DNA of 64,000 bases from an uncultured virus (IMG/VR IMGVR_UViG_3300030106_006393) (Duplodnaviria; Heunggongvirae; Uroviricota; Caudoviricetes), in IMG/VR virus record IMGVR_UViG_3300030106_006393, positions 1 through 64,000 of that record; one strand, 5' to 3'. Positions 28,881-39,612 of this stretch are shown in pieces; the first letter of the stretch is position 1, and the number at the start of each line of letters is the position of its first letter. A model generated the notes under the pieces. That model saw only the letters and a list, made by a program, of their open reading frames with translations, was not told the DNA's origin and searched no databases. A program made the translations under genes and the position numbers.

Positions 28881-29510
28881 ATGAGTACCGGATTTAACAA
28901 TTTTTGGAGTAGCGTTGACGTCGAACCGAAAAGAAAGTTTCGATGGATAATGGGCTTCAACGGTGTTCCGCACTGGATCATGAAGAAAGCTTCACGTCCA
29001 AAGATCAGTCTAACTGAGGCAGAGCACGATTTTCTAAATTACAAGTTTTATTATCCCGGAAGAGTTTCCTACGATGAGTTGACTATGACAATGGCTGATC
29101 CTATAAATCCGGATGCATCTCTCACGATGTACGAACTCCTTCAAAAGTCCGGCTATAGAACTCCAGATAAGTTTGCTCAGAATAACCTCGGATTGGGTGG
29201 AGGTGACTCCAACGACATTGGAGTTATAACAAAGAAGGCAGCGACAAGCGCTATAAATGGAATGTACTTGATGCTTCTGGATGCTGAAGGCGCACCAGTT
29301 GAGGAGTGGACGTTCTACAACGCTTGGATAAAGTCTGTTGACTTCGACGAGCTTGACTACACATCTGATGACCTATTGAATCTCACAATTACCGTCAGGT
29401 ATGACTGGGCATCAATTAAGTCACCAGATTCGAGCCGCGTCCACTTGGCAGCAAAGTCTGAGATTGGTGCAAAGCGCCAGGGCGTTAATCAGGGCGGCGC
29501 TACGCGATAA
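28881..29510 (+). CDS. Tail tube protein (gp19-like)
   Basis: EPKRKFRW, YYPGRVSY, EEWTFYNAW, LDY, ITVRYDWA; follows sheath. Confidence 0.9.
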   Translation: MSTGFNNFWSSVDVEPKRKFRWIMGFNGVPHWIMKKASRPKISLTEAEHDFLNYKFYYPGRVSYDELTMTMADPINPDASLTMYELLQKSGYRTPDKFAQNNLGLGGGDSNDIGVITKKAATSAINGMYLMLLDAEGAPVEEWTFYNAWIKSVDFDELDYTSDDLLNLTITVRYDWASIKSPDSSRVHLAAKSEIGAKRQGVNQGGATR

Positions 29511-29537
29511 ATAAATGATAAAATAGCCATTTAGATG

Positions 29538-29546
29538 TGCTATAAT
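29538..29546 (+). promoter_or_regulatory. Extended -10 promoter TGCTATAAT
   Basis: TGnTATAAT upstream of 29571; no clear -35. Confidence 0.45.
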
Positions 29547-29570
29547 ACAACATAAGAAAGAGAGGTTAAG

Positions 29571-30413
29571 TTGTCAGACAGAAATGAACAGAGGAGACGC
29601 CAAACGGCAGAACATCTCCTCCATCAAACCACCGCTCCTCAAGGTGGCTCTCTACTAAACTTTTCAGTACCAACGGAAATAGTGGAACTCCCTTCGGGAG
29701 GGAAGCTATATCCTGTTGGGCATCCTTTACATGGGAAAAAAGAAGTAGAGATACGTCACATGACTGCCAAAGAGGAAGATATTTTGGCAAGTCAAGCTCT
29801 TCTAAAAAGAGGTATTGCAATAGATAGAATGTTGCAAAACATCATCATGGAAAATGTAGATGTAGCAGATCTCTTGATAGGAGACAGAAACGCCTTGATG
29901 TTTGCAGCAAGAATAACAGGATATGGCAATGCATATCCAGTAAAGATGACTTGCCAGGCATGCTTCAAGGAATTTGATCACACGTTTGATTTAGGAAACT
30001 TTACAGATTGCTATACAAACACAGAAAATGAGGACGTTAAATATACAGCAAATGGTACGATAGAAGTTGAACTACCAAAGACTGGAGCCCTCGTTGAAAT
30101 CAAGGCCCTAACAGGCACTGATGACGAGAGGCTAACAAAGACAAGAGAAATGAAGGAAAAGGCAGGTCTTCCGGACAGTGCCTTGACTGACATGTTAAAG
30201 GCAATGATTTATAGTGTTAATGGTGTTACGGATGGTAATGATATCGCAGGCTTCGTCGATAACATGCCAGCCTTGGACTCTAGAAAGATAAGAGATACAT
30301 ATAAAGAATCTATGCCAAACATAAGATTTATTCAGGAAGCCGAATGCACTCATTGTGGCCATACAATGGAAAGTGAGGTCCCTATAACAGGGGAGTTTTT
30401 TTGGCCTGGATAA
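29571..30413 (+). CDS. Baseplate hub/tail assembly chaperone (T4 gp26-like)
   Basis: VELPSGGKLYP, MTAKEEDIL, GDRNALMFAAR, two CxxC pairs, ends FFWP. Confidence 0.8.
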   Translation: MSDRNEQRRRQTAEHLLHQTTAPQGGSLLNFSVPTEIVELPSGGKLYPVGHPLHGKKEVEIRHMTAKEEDILASQALLKRGIAIDRMLQNIIMENVDVADLLIGDRNALMFAARITGYGNAYPVKMTCQACFKEFDHTFDLGNFTDCYTNTENEDVKYTANGTIEVELPKTGALVEIKALTGTDDERLTKTREMKEKAGLPDSALTDMLKAMIYSVNGVTDGNDIAGFVDNMPALDSRKIRDTYKESMPNIRFIQEAECTHCGHTMESEVPITGEFFWPG

Positions 30414-30588
30414 CGAATATATAAAAGGCGTATACGAAGAGTTCTTTTTACTGAAGTATCACGGAGGTTGGAGCTTTACGGAAGCGTATAATTTGCCAGT
30501 TCAAATTAGAAGATGGTTTCTCGACAGACTCAGTAAGCAGTTTGACGATGAGAACAAGCAAGCTGAAAAGGCAATGAAGCAAAAATAA
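30400..30588 (+). CDS. ORF without canonical start (FGLDNEYIKGVYEEFFLLKYHGGWSFTEAYNLP...), probable +1 frameshift extension of upstream gene
   Basis: +1 frame open from the T7 run to TAA 30586-88, just before a terminator; in-frame stop at 30385. Confidence 0.7.
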   Translation, partial: FGLDNEYIKGVYEEFFLLKYHGGWSFTEAYNLPVQIRRWFLDRLSKQFDDENKQAEKAMKQK

Positions 30589-30618
30589 TGGGGCCAATGT
30601 GCCCCATTTTGTTTTTTA
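30587..30618 (+). terminator. Rho-independent terminator
   Basis: AATGGGGC / GCCCCATT stem then T tract. Confidence 0.8.
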
Positions 30619-30664
30619 GAAACTAATTAGTTTTGATTACTTGTACACTTTGGAGGACATAAAA

Positions 30665-30982
30665 TTGTCAAGCGAAAATGAAGAAATAGTAATAGACCTT
30701 ATGGCAATAAACGAGGTTCCCTTGTCAATGCACCAGTTAGGTGGTCAATTTCGCCGTCTAATGAATGTTCTCATGACAGGAACTTACTATCCTGTAAAGA
30801 TAAAAGGAAATTCAATGCAAATAGATCGCTTCGTGAAAGCACTATCAGCAGAAAAAGACTATATTACGGCCTACAACAAATACGGACTAAACAATCCAGC
30901 CACTTACAGATCTAAATATCGTTTAGATGGAGCGGTAAACAAATTTCAGAAGGACACTGGACTGGTTTGGCCTTTCAAGTAG
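30665..30982 (+). CDS. Hypothetical protein before tape measure
   Basis: GGAGG SD then TTG 30665; ACTAATTAG at 30622. Confidence 0.65.
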   Translation: MSSENEEIVIDLMAINEVPLSMHQLGGQFRRLMNVLMTGTYYPVKIKGNSMQIDRFVKALSAEKDYITAYNKYGLNNPATYRSKYRLDGAVNKFQKDTGLVWPFK

Positions 30983-31000
30983 GACTAATGGAGGCATCCA

Positions 31001-33799
31001 GTGGCTAATTATAATGACATAAGGGCGATCTTACAAACAGCCGTTGGTGGCACTTTAAGTTCTTCTGAACTTGATACGCTAGCAAGCGCTATCGTCGCAT
31101 CTGCCGGCGGAGACACCGCCGCCTCCACTGCAAACGTGGCCAATGTCAAGGCAAAACGAGATCTTGCTGCCGTCCTGGGCCGAGTCTCGGAAATGCGGAA
31201 GCTAGATGTCGAACTAGCTGAAAAACAATATGAACAACAAAAGCTGACAATCGCCCAAATAGTGGCTAGCGGCCAGGCTCTCGATGGCGAACTTGTTACA
31301 GCACTTCAAAAAGCAGAGGTGCATTATCTTAAGCTTAAAGCCGCACAAGATCAAGCAGGGAAATCTGGCGCAGTCCTTTCTCAAATAATAGATGACACAG
31401 CTTCAACCTTGTTGAATCTAGGAAAAACAGGCGTAACTTCCTTGGGTGTTGTTATAGATATCAAGGATGCCTTCGGTGAATTGACCGGCGCCGCTGATAA
31501 GTACAAAACAAACGCTCAGGAAGCAACGGCGGCAGCGGAAAAAGAAAACCAAGCAGCAAAAGAGAGAGTAAAAAGCCTCGAAGAAGAAGCCCAAAAGACT
31601 GGAGATGCAATCGGCAAACAAGCAGAACTTGCAGAAGCAAAAGCCGAAGCTGCAGAAGCAGCGGAGAAGCTTAAAGAGGCCCAAGCGAAACTCGGCGAAG
31701 AGACTAAAAAATCAGGCAAAGCAGCCGGCTACGCGAAGGCTGCTTTTGCAAAATTTGCACAAGGAGATATGGCTAAAGGGTTTGTGCAACAGTTCGACCC
31801 TTTAAATGTGCTCTTCAGTCGTATACAGCAGACCTTTGAGCAAGCCAGAAACATCCAAAACGAAAGCTTGGATCTGTTTAAGGAAACAGGATTCGTCGTA
31901 CGCGACGCCACAGGGGAGTATGATAGATTTAGGGAAACTCTGACAGCCACAGCCCTTGACTCAGCGACTCTGAGCGTTGAAAGTAACGAATTAACTAATG
32001 CAGTTGTGGGTCTTCAGGCCGCCTTTACAAGGTTCGATCCAAAGGGTCAGGAGGGGTTAATTAAGACTTTTGCAGTGCTGGAACAGGCAGGCATATCAAC
32101 ACAACAAAGCGCAGAAACTTTTGCCTTTTTCAGACAGGCTCTGGGTAAGACTGATGAAGACGCAGAACAGTTAACACTAAATATGATGTCGCTGGCTAAC
32201 GAACTTAAGCGTCCACCTTCAGAGATTGCTCAAGCATTTCAACAAGGAAGCAAGAGTCTAGCAGCATATGGTAGAGACTTCGTAAAGGTTCAGGAAAAGA
32301 TGATCCGAGTTGCTAGCAGGTTGGGAGTGGAGGTTGATGGCTTAATAGGTGCTTTTGACGCAATGGATACCATCGAGGGAGCAGCAGAGACAGCCGGAAA
32401 GATAAATCAAATTTTAGGAGCAGGCATTGGACAAGGCCTCAATGCAATAGCTTTGGCAAATGCGGATTTGCCAGACAAGATTAAGATGGTTAGAGAAACA
32501 ATCTTGAAAATGGATCCCTCCGGTGCAATACTGAATAATAGGAAAATGGTAAAAGCCCTGTCAGAGGCCATCCCGGGCACGGACCCGGCTATGGTCCTAA
32601 AGCTGCTTCAAGAGGACAAGAAGTTCAATGAAGAAATTGCAAAAAATACAGCGCAAGGAAATAAAGAAGACATAGAAGCTAGAGTGGCTGCCAACCAAAC
32701 AGCTGATCAAAGAACAAAACTAGCAACAGAAAAACAAACATTTGGCCAACAAGAAAATGCTAGCGGATTGATGGACGCGATCGCGGAATATTCCGGAGGG
32801 ATCACCGCCGCCTTGTCCGGCGTCGCCGCAGTAGCTCAGGTTGCTATGGGCATGGCAGCCTTTAAGAAAGGCGGAGGGGGAGGCCCAGCTGCCTTGATAG
32901 CTGCAGCTACAGGCGGTGAAGGCGGCGAAGGCGGCGGCGGCGGAGGAGGAGGCGCTATGGGCGGACTCATGGGTGACTGTGTTAGAATATGTAATGATTC
33001 TATGGCCGACATGGGCAGGACATTTCACCCGGGTGGTCGAACTGCTGCAGACGCTGTCGACGACGCTGCCCAAGCAGCTCAAGAAAGTGCGGAAGATATC
33101 GTAGAAACAACTACAGAGGGATTTTCTGGCATGCGTGGTGGACTCAATGCAATGGCAGGAAGGGCCACAGGAGGTTTTCTCAGCCAAGATGCTGGAGCAG
33201 CTCTCACTGGAAAGGGCATGGGTGGAATAATGGGCGCTCTTGGTGCAACAACGGCCGTGCTCGGTACCGCAGCTCTTGCATTCAAAGTAGGCACATCACT
33301 TTTTGACGCTGTTGGAGATCAGCAATCTGGAGCACAAACTGCTAAGTTGTACTCCGGTGGTGGATATTTTGGTGGCGTTGGAGCCACCGCTGTTGAGGCA
33401 GGCAAAAGCAAATTTAAGAAAGATTCTATAGCACAATATGGCGACTGGAAAGCCAAAAGCATTGAAGAACAATTCAATTACTGCAGAGCCAACAACATGC
33501 AAGCACCACCCTATCAGGGCGGTCCTAGTTGCGGCGTTGTGAACGCGAAAAAGTTTGGATCAAAAACACAAAAGAATGATTTTACTGTTAGTGACTTTAA
33601 GAAAGGTGTTAACGCAAACATGTCCGATGAAATAATCGGAGTAAAAGAGGGTGGTTTAATCGCCAAGAAGCTAGATAGACTTATAAGCCTAATGGCGCAG
33701 TCTAGCGGTAAAGAAATAGTGGTAAAGCTGGATAGAAAAGAGATTGCTAGGTCTGTTGTATCAACAGTGAATAATGATTTTTACAACATGGGAGTTTAA
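31001..33799 (+). CDS. Tape measure protein
   Basis: 932 aa, Ala-rich helical, Gly-rich hydrophobic segments; position after tube and chaperone. Confidence 0.75.
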   Translation: MANYNDIRAILQTAVGGTLSSSELDTLASAIVASAGGDTAASTANVANVKAKRDLAAVLGRVSEMRKLDVELAEKQYEQQKLTIAQIVASGQALDGELVTALQKAEVHYLKLKAAQDQAGKSGAVLSQIIDDTASTLLNLGKTGVTSLGVVIDIKDAFGELTGAADKYKTNAQEATAAAEKENQAAKERVKSLEEEAQKTGDAIGKQAELAEAKAEAAEAAEKLKEAQAKLGEETKKSGKAAGYAKAAFAKFAQGDMAKGFVQQFDPLNVLFSRIQQTFEQARNIQNESLDLFKETGFVVRDATGEYDRFRETLTATALDSATLSVESNELTNAVVGLQAAFTRFDPKGQEGLIKTFAVLEQAGISTQQSAETFAFFRQALGKTDEDAEQLTLNMMSLANELKRPPSEIAQAFQQGSKSLAAYGRDFVKVQEKMIRVASRLGVEVDGLIGAFDAMDTIEGAAETAGKINQILGAGIGQGLNAIALANADLPDKIKMVRETILKMDPSGAILNNRKMVKALSEAIPGTDPAMVLKLLQEDKKFNEEIAKNTAQGNKEDIEARVAANQTADQRTKLATEKQTFGQQENASGLMDAIAEYSGGITAALSGVAAVAQVAMGMAAFKKGGGGGPAALIAAATGGEGGEGGGGGGGGAMGGLMGDCVRICNDSMADMGRTFHPGGRTAADAVDDAAQAAQESAEDIVETTTEGFSGMRGGLNAMAGRATGGFLSQDAGAALTGKGMGGIMGALGATTAVLGTAALAFKVGTSLFDAVGDQQSGAQTAKLYSGGGYFGGVGATAVEAGKSKFKKDSIAQYGDWKAKSIEEQFNYCRANNMQAPPYQGGPSCGVVNAKKFGSKTQKNDFTVSDFKKGVNANMSDEIIGVKEGGLIAKKLDRLISLMAQSSGKEIVVKLDRKEIARSVVSTVNNDFYNMGV

Positions 33800-33802
33800 T
33801 GT

Positions 33803-34648
33803 ATGGGAAGCGGACACGACTATAATGATGACGGATACACATCAGGAGTAGAAGCCATAACCAAGCAAGGTGGATGGCAAATTAGTTTTCAGCACATCCC
33901 AAGCGGTCATGGTGTTTTCTTTGAGGCTTTTGTAACAAATTTTGAAGATAGTTTTACTTCAACTTGGACGGAAGAAGACGTGTATGGACGTATGGACCCT
34001 ATTGCGACATACCAAAATACAAAAAGAAGCATCACATTCACTTTCGATGTAATAGCAGAATCGCAAAAACAAGCATTAAAGAATACTCACAGATTTCAGC
34101 ATCTTTCTAGCTTTTTGTATCCGGCATACGAAGTAAAAGATGGTGTAAAAACAATGGCTGCTCCTCCTTTAATAAAGATCAAGTTTGTTAACTTAATACA
34201 AAACGCTGCAGTCGCAGGAGAGCAAACCACAACGGACCCTCTTCACTCTGGTCTTATAGGCTATGTGGATGGTTTTAGTTATGCTCCAAAATTAGATACT
34301 GGTTTTGTACCAGAGACAGTGGCAGGAAACACCACAGGAAACTGGCACCCTCTAATTTATTCTGTTAGTGTTAATTTCAAGGTCCTTCATAGCCACGATT
34401 TGGGTTGGGACGCATCAACAAAGAAGTGGCTTGCTGGAGGCAAGGGCTTTCCGAATTCATCTGGAGCCGGCCCCGGAATCAATGCGAATGTTGAAGGCGA
34501 GAAGTTTGTAAAGCCTGGTCCGAGAAAAAAGAGCAAAACAGATACAGCCGCAACAGCTCAGGAAACCCCCAGCAAGCCAGGGACTAAGGTGGATAATGTT
34601 GCCGACAAGAAGGCCCTCGCGTCCGCCGTGCCAAATTTAAAACTTTAA
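33803..34648 (+). CDS. Baseplate tube-initiator-like protein
   Basis: VYGRMDPIATYQNTKRSITFTF, YPAY, APPLIKI. Confidence 0.65.
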   Translation: MGSGHDYNDDGYTSGVEAITKQGGWQISFQHIPSGHGVFFEAFVTNFEDSFTSTWTEEDVYGRMDPIATYQNTKRSITFTFDVIAESQKQALKNTHRFQHLSSFLYPAYEVKDGVKTMAAPPLIKIKFVNLIQNAAVAGEQTTTDPLHSGLIGYVDGFSYAPKLDTGFVPETVAGNTTGNWHPLIYSVSVNFKVLHSHDLGWDASTKKWLAGGKGFPNSSGAGPGINANVEGEKFVKPGPRKKSKTDTAATAQETPSKPGTKVDNVADKKALASAVPNLKL

Positions 34649-34658
34649 GGATTAGAAT

Positions 34659-34997
34659 ATGACTGATAGATACTTAAATAGACCAACAGTGATTAACGAT
34701 TTAGATCGCTACAAGCCAATGCTGAAAGAGCGAGGGCTAAAGTATGCAAAGATATTTACCACTCCTGTTTTTTCACATCCAACAGAAGAAGATATTGCAA
34801 GACTAAATATCATCGCTCATACTTGGGTAATAGGAGATAAGTACCACAAACTAGCACATCAGTATTATGGAAACTCTCAGATGTGGTGGGTTATCGCATG
34901 GTTTAATCAGGCTCCGACAGAGTCTCATCTTGAAATTGGCGAAACGGTATACATTCCAACACCACTGCAAGAAGTGCTGTCTTATTACGGAGTATAA
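34659..34997 (+). CDS. LysM-like baseplate wedge protein (gp53/tail X-like)
   Basis: GDKYHKLAHQYYGNSQMWWVIAWFN...GETVYIP. Confidence 0.8.
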   Translation: MTDRYLNRPTVINDLDRYKPMLKERGLKYAKIFTTPVFSHPTEEDIARLNIIAHTWVIGDKYHKLAHQYYGNSQMWWVIAWFNQAPTESHLEIGETVYIPTPLQEVLSYYGV

Positions 34998-34999
34998 AG

Positions 35000-37900
35000 A
35001 TGTCAATACGTGTAAGTGAAATCCAGAAAAAACTAAAGTCTCTTAATTATTCCAGTAATCTCAATGAAGACGAGAGAGAGGCACAAGCCGCTTGGGGCGC
35101 CGCCCTTATAGCTCTTCATTTTGCGTTTTCTAGAGATGCTCCTAATAGTGTTGAGGATGTTGATTGGGGATCTCTCTTTAAAGAATCAGGACAGAGTGCC
35201 TTTGGTGTCATTGCCACAACCCACGTTGCCCGCTATCTCCAGGCTATTTCTACGAGAAAGATCGATGGTTTTGCTGCTGACGCAACTCATGCTGCCAACA
35301 CCGGAAAGGTGAAAGGGTTAAAATTCGAAGCCAAGAACAGCTACGGCTCTGCAACAGAGGGTCTCGCCATAAATTTATATCTGGGGATGCACAACCAAAA
35401 TAAAGAATCCGACGAGGGTGCTGCAGCTAGAAAATGGTGGAACGGCTTCCTAAAGAAAAATGAAATTCCCGAGCAAGTGGCAGGCATCCGCTACAATGTA
35501 GATCCATATGCATTTTACAATCAGTACAAAGCACTAGAAAACGAAGATGGTGGACTAGATCTGCTCGCAGCAGAACTTCAAAACTTTGAAACACCAATCC
35601 CAAATTATTTTGGGGTAACTGAAAAAAATTATATACTCGAAGCTCTGCAGGAAGGCGTGGGGGCTGGGGTCGGCCCGGGCCCCGAAAAAACAAACGAACA
35701 AAGAACTGCTGAATCTAAAAAGAAAATAGCTGAAATTGCAACAAAAAGAAAGCTACTGAAAGAAAACAACTTTAAAGAACAACTGATGCTGATGGCAAAC
35801 ATAGAGAGCCTGAAAGATCAAAACAAGGATTCTACCTATAGGAACTTTTCTTTTCTAAGATCTCACAACCCAGAGATTCCTTTAGAAAATCAAGTCTATG
35901 CTTTCAGAGGTAAAGAAGAGTTTTTAAACATGACAAACCTACAGGTATCGGCGCTAGTACCACACTTTAAGATGTTCATTAGGTATGGGGACAAAGACTT
36001 TGAACTACCCTTTCAGGGAACATCTTTAGATCCAGCGGAAGTTTTGACGTTTAACAGAACAAGAGCATTGGGCTTTAGAGACTTTGAGTGGACATACGAG
36101 GGAAAGTATTTAGAGACTGCAAAGAAGCAAATAGAAGCAAACCTTAGTCTTTATGGAGATAATTTAGGGGTGTTTGATAAGGCGGTCGGAATTTATCAGC
36201 CAAACCAAGAAGATGTATCCAAAGTCTTGAAGTATAATGGTGCGCTGCCGACCGTCGACCTCAAAGGGGCAGGAAAAGTGCTCGCTCCGAGAGAGATAAA
36301 GTTTGCAGATCTCTTAACAAGGGATAGGGATCTACAGTTTAAGGTGCATTGTGGGTGGTCGGTTCCGCACGGAACCCCTGAAGAGCTAATAAGCACAAAC
36401 TTAAAATCTGCAATAGAATCTAACATTGTAACACTTGTGATGGAACTTGTTGAGCATACGTTTGAATTTCAGCAAGACGGGACATTTGGATTAAACTTAA
36501 GATACAAGTCTCGCATACTCGGAGGCCTTCAGGAGGTTGATCTGATGGCCCCACCGGAAGAGAGAAAGGGCCCGCTGACTGATCAGGCCAAAAAGAACAG
36601 AAAGTTTGAAACGGAACTAAGAAGAAAATTTAGTAAAGAACTTGATTTCAATCCGACAAGCAAGAATGCTGATAAGGCTCCGATATTTAGTTCGGATGTT
36701 ATAACAGAGGGCCAATTGGAATCTTTTGCAGAAACACATTTTCCTACAAAAGACAAGACCGTTGTCGTTAGAGAACTAAAAGACATCTTGAGGTCCGGAG
36801 ACACAAAGAATCATCGCCGTAGAGCCCAAGCGATTGTTGCACAACAACTCGCAAACAAAAACAGTAGAAGAACAGGGTCAAATCTTAGTAGAATTTTGAA
36901 TGATATAGAAAATCGAAGCCGAGTGTTTTATCTGGAGGTTAACACGCTAGGATTTAAGAACTATTTTGAAGGCGCTAGAGCATCTCAGCAGATGCAAGAG
37001 GAACTGAACAACATCGACGGAACTCTGTCTGAAAAGGAATATAAGGAAGAGCAGAAAAGGATAGTCTTATTCTACGATGAGCAAGAGCGCGCACGACGCG
37101 CTCAGATATCAAAAGCAGCCGTCAATAAGTCTGGGAAAACGGCAACAGGGATTTTTAATAAAATAACATCAGAGGAGCTAAACAAAAGAGCAACTTCGGG
37201 ACCAGCCGGACATGCCTCCGGAACCTTTAAGTTGCCTTACTTTTATTTTGGAGATCTGATAGAGGCCGCATTGAATGTTGCAGGTGAGCAATACACTAGA
37301 GAAGATGTATCTTTAATATTAGGAACTATGCCTCATAAAAAATTTGCAATTTCAACGTTCGATATGAAGCTAGTTAATTTCAAAGCTGCAATGGTTGAGC
37401 CAAAAATTATTCAAATCCCTCTAGTCGATGTGCCAATCTCAACCAGAAATTACAGCGCTTGGATACATAATGAGTATATCAAGAAGCCAACGACAAAGAT
37501 AGAGTTGAGTAGTTTTATAATAGGGGCGTTCAACAATTTGATAAAGCCGGCTTTTTCTGGTGAGACTGATTTTGTAAAGCTCTTGGAGTCACAAAAGTCA
37601 CACTTGGCAGTTAATTCAAATACATTTAGTAGCGAGGTTCCCAAAAACGGAAAAACATTAAGAAAGGGACAGATCTCGCTAGACGATTTAAATGGTATAG
37701 CTACAAGCAATTCGCCCAAGCCAAACGTCGCAACTAAGAACTTTGTTTTGTTTTCGGCGAATCAAGTTGCGCTGCCTCTCGAAAAGCCCACACCGGAAGA
37801 GGTTAGAAAAGGTCGAGGCATTGTTTTGACCTTGGGCAGAGACAGAGGCCTAGTTAAGACGGCCAACTTTTCAAAGCTATCAATGCCGAACCTTGTAGCT

Positions 37901-38263
37901 GCTCGCTTTATGGCAGACTCTGGAAAGAATGAAAGAATAGACAAGATAAAAGAGCCTTACAACGTAGACCTAACAATGGTTGGAAATAATCTTTTCTCTC
38001 AAGGTATTCACTTTTACCTTTTGCCTACAGTTCCCGGCAAAGAAGGTCAAAAGATCGCGAGAGAACTTGGCTTGGGCGGTTACTATGCAACAGTAGGTGC
38101 GTCGATGAAAATAGACATGATGAGTGGGTTTACAACAACGCTCCGTGGATCGCTACAAAACTTCGGACCTCCTGACGATGTAAAGTCAGCCGTAAACGCT
38201 GCGGGACAAAAGGCCAAAGACCGAAGCCTAAGAGAACAGGTAAAGGAAGCTAAAAGAAAATGA
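35000..38263 (+). CDS. Large baseplate hub-like protein
   Basis: Synteny after LysM protein; C-terminal LTMVGNNLF...LGLGGYY...FTTTL resembles hub proteins. Confidence 0.5.
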   Translation: MSIRVSEIQKKLKSLNYSSNLNEDEREAQAAWGAALIALHFAFSRDAPNSVEDVDWGSLFKESGQSAFGVIATTHVARYLQAISTRKIDGFAADATHAANTGKVKGLKFEAKNSYGSATEGLAINLYLGMHNQNKESDEGAAARKWWNGFLKKNEIPEQVAGIRYNVDPYAFYNQYKALENEDGGLDLLAAELQNFETPIPNYFGVTEKNYILEALQEGVGAGVGPGPEKTNEQRTAESKKKIAEIATKRKLLKENNFKEQLMLMANIESLKDQNKDSTYRNFSFLRSHNPEIPLENQVYAFRGKEEFLNMTNLQVSALVPHFKMFIRYGDKDFELPFQGTSLDPAEVLTFNRTRALGFRDFEWTYEGKYLETAKKQIEANLSLYGDNLGVFDKAVGIYQPNQEDVSKVLKYNGALPTVDLKGAGKVLAPREIKFADLLTRDRDLQFKVHCGWSVPHGTPEELISTNLKSAIESNIVTLVMELVEHTFEFQQDGTFGLNLRYKSRILGGLQEVDLMAPPEERKGPLTDQAKKNRKFETELRRKFSKELDFNPTSKNADKAPIFSSDVITEGQLESFAETHFPTKDKTVVVRELKDILRSGDTKNHRRRAQAIVAQQLANKNSRRTGSNLSRILNDIENRSRVFYLEVNTLGFKNYFEGARASQQMQEELNNIDGTLSEKEYKEEQKRIVLFYDEQERARRAQISKAAVNKSGKTATGIFNKITSEELNKRATSGPAGHASGTFKLPYFYFGDLIEAALNVAGEQYTREDVSLILGTMPHKKFAISTFDMKLVNFKAAMVEPKIIQIPLVDVPISTRNYSAWIHNEYIKKPTTKIELSSFIIGAFNNLIKPAFSGETDFVKLLESQKSHLAVNSNTFSSEVPKNGKTLRKGQISLDDLNGIATSNSPKPNVATKNFVLFSANQVALPLEKPTPEEVRKGRGIVLTLGRDRGLVKTANFSKLSMPNLVAARFMADSGKNERIDKIKEPYNVDLTMVGNNLFSQGIHFYLLPTVPGKEGQKIARELGLGGYYATVGASMKIDMMSGFTTTLRGSLQNFGPPDDVKSAVNAAGQKAKDRSLREQVKEAKRK

Positions 38264-39606
38264 AAATACAACAACCATTTATAGTACCATCGACAAACAA
38301 CAGCAGAGCTAAGCACAGTTACGACTCCCGCTTAGACTACAAGAAGATGGCTCTGGATTTTCTCGATGCCGTCCAGCAAAAGAACAGGTTTATAGATCTG
38401 TGGTATGACAAGCCTCTGTATGGAAAGATAGATATCGAGGGCAATGCAGTGTATAATCTTCCGGAAAGCACGTTAAAGCAGCTAAATTCAGATGGCGAGA
38501 TCTTGTTTGCGATTGACTTTGTGGCCCATGCCTTTGAGGATATGAAAAGATTCTTTACAGACGCCGTCGCAAAAGGGCAAATGGGAAACAAAATAGGCTC
38601 AATTCAGGGACTGAATCCCAAGAGAGCATGGACTAGTCCACTTGCAGCGTTTAATGAGCATATGGCGATGTTGAAAAATTTCTTTATATCAGAATTCCTT
38701 ATGGCCAATAAGAAGCACATACAGAATATACATGATGTAATAAAACAATACAGAAGATTTGTCAAAGCTTATGCTAAAGATTTTCCGATGACATTTAGTA
38801 GATTTTTGTTGTCTGGTTTTTGCCCTATACAATCCAGCGGACTTATCATCGAGCTATCAGAGTTTCAGCACGGCAACGATATAACGAACCTTGAGATAAT
38901 GGACTCTTATGTATTTAATAAATATACATCGATGGCCAACAGGTATGGGTTTTTTGTAAATAAGAATGCGCCTTATGCTCTTGTTGCTAATCTAAGTTCG
39001 TCAACAATGAAAAGGTACATGAGGCACTATGATATTCAAAACCCAAAGCACTACTTTGAAGACTATTGTTACCCAGCGTACAGGTCAGACATGCACAGAA
39101 TGAGGGAGTTTGTCTATGAGTGTTACAAAGAATTTGTTTTGGCAAGGCCCTTTCGTAAATCGACAGTTGTCACAAAAAGGGGCATAAGCAAGAGAACCCG
39201 AGCGAGAGAGTTCTTGACATTGACTCAATATAACAGTACAATAAGTATGAATGAGTGGACTGAGATATGTATATTCGTAAAAGCCTCAGAGCTTGGGATA
39301 GACATGCATCCAACAGAGGTGAAGAGATTGGTAGAAAAAGTAAACTATCTTAGAAGCAGAGAAAACGAAGTTCAAGACGAGCGCGCCACAGCTTCCGGCT
39401 GGGCAGCTGGTAATCTCTCTCAGGAAGAGAGAGAAGAGAGAACACAACGAAGAAATGCAGAAAGAAAACTGTGGGCAAACCGTTCTATGAAAGAGATAAA
39501 CGACTATTTCAAAAAGAGAGACCCAAGGGTTAACTTGCTTCTCAAGGGAAAGGTCCCAACTGGTTCAGATCATTCAATGGGCGATCCAAACAATTTAAGT
39601 TATTGA
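38260..39606 (+). CDS. Hypothetical protein
   Basis: 448-aa ORF with overlapping start. Confidence 0.7.
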   Translation: MKIQQPFIVPSTNNSRAKHSYDSRLDYKKMALDFLDAVQQKNRFIDLWYDKPLYGKIDIEGNAVYNLPESTLKQLNSDGEILFAIDFVAHAFEDMKRFFTDAVAKGQMGNKIGSIQGLNPKRAWTSPLAAFNEHMAMLKNFFISEFLMANKKHIQNIHDVIKQYRRFVKAYAKDFPMTFSRFLLSGFCPIQSSGLIIELSEFQHGNDITNLEIMDSYVFNKYTSMANRYGFFVNKNAPYALVANLSSSTMKRYMRHYDIQNPKHYFEDYCYPAYRSDMHRMREFVYECYKEFVLARPFRKSTVVTKRGISKRTRAREFLTLTQYNSTISMNEWTEICIFVKASELGIDMHPTEVKRLVEKVNYLRSRENEVQDERATASGWAAGNLSQEEREERTQRRNAERKLWANRSMKEINDYFKKRDPRVNLLLKGKVPTGSDHSMGDPNNLSY

Positions 39607-39612
39607 GGTTAA

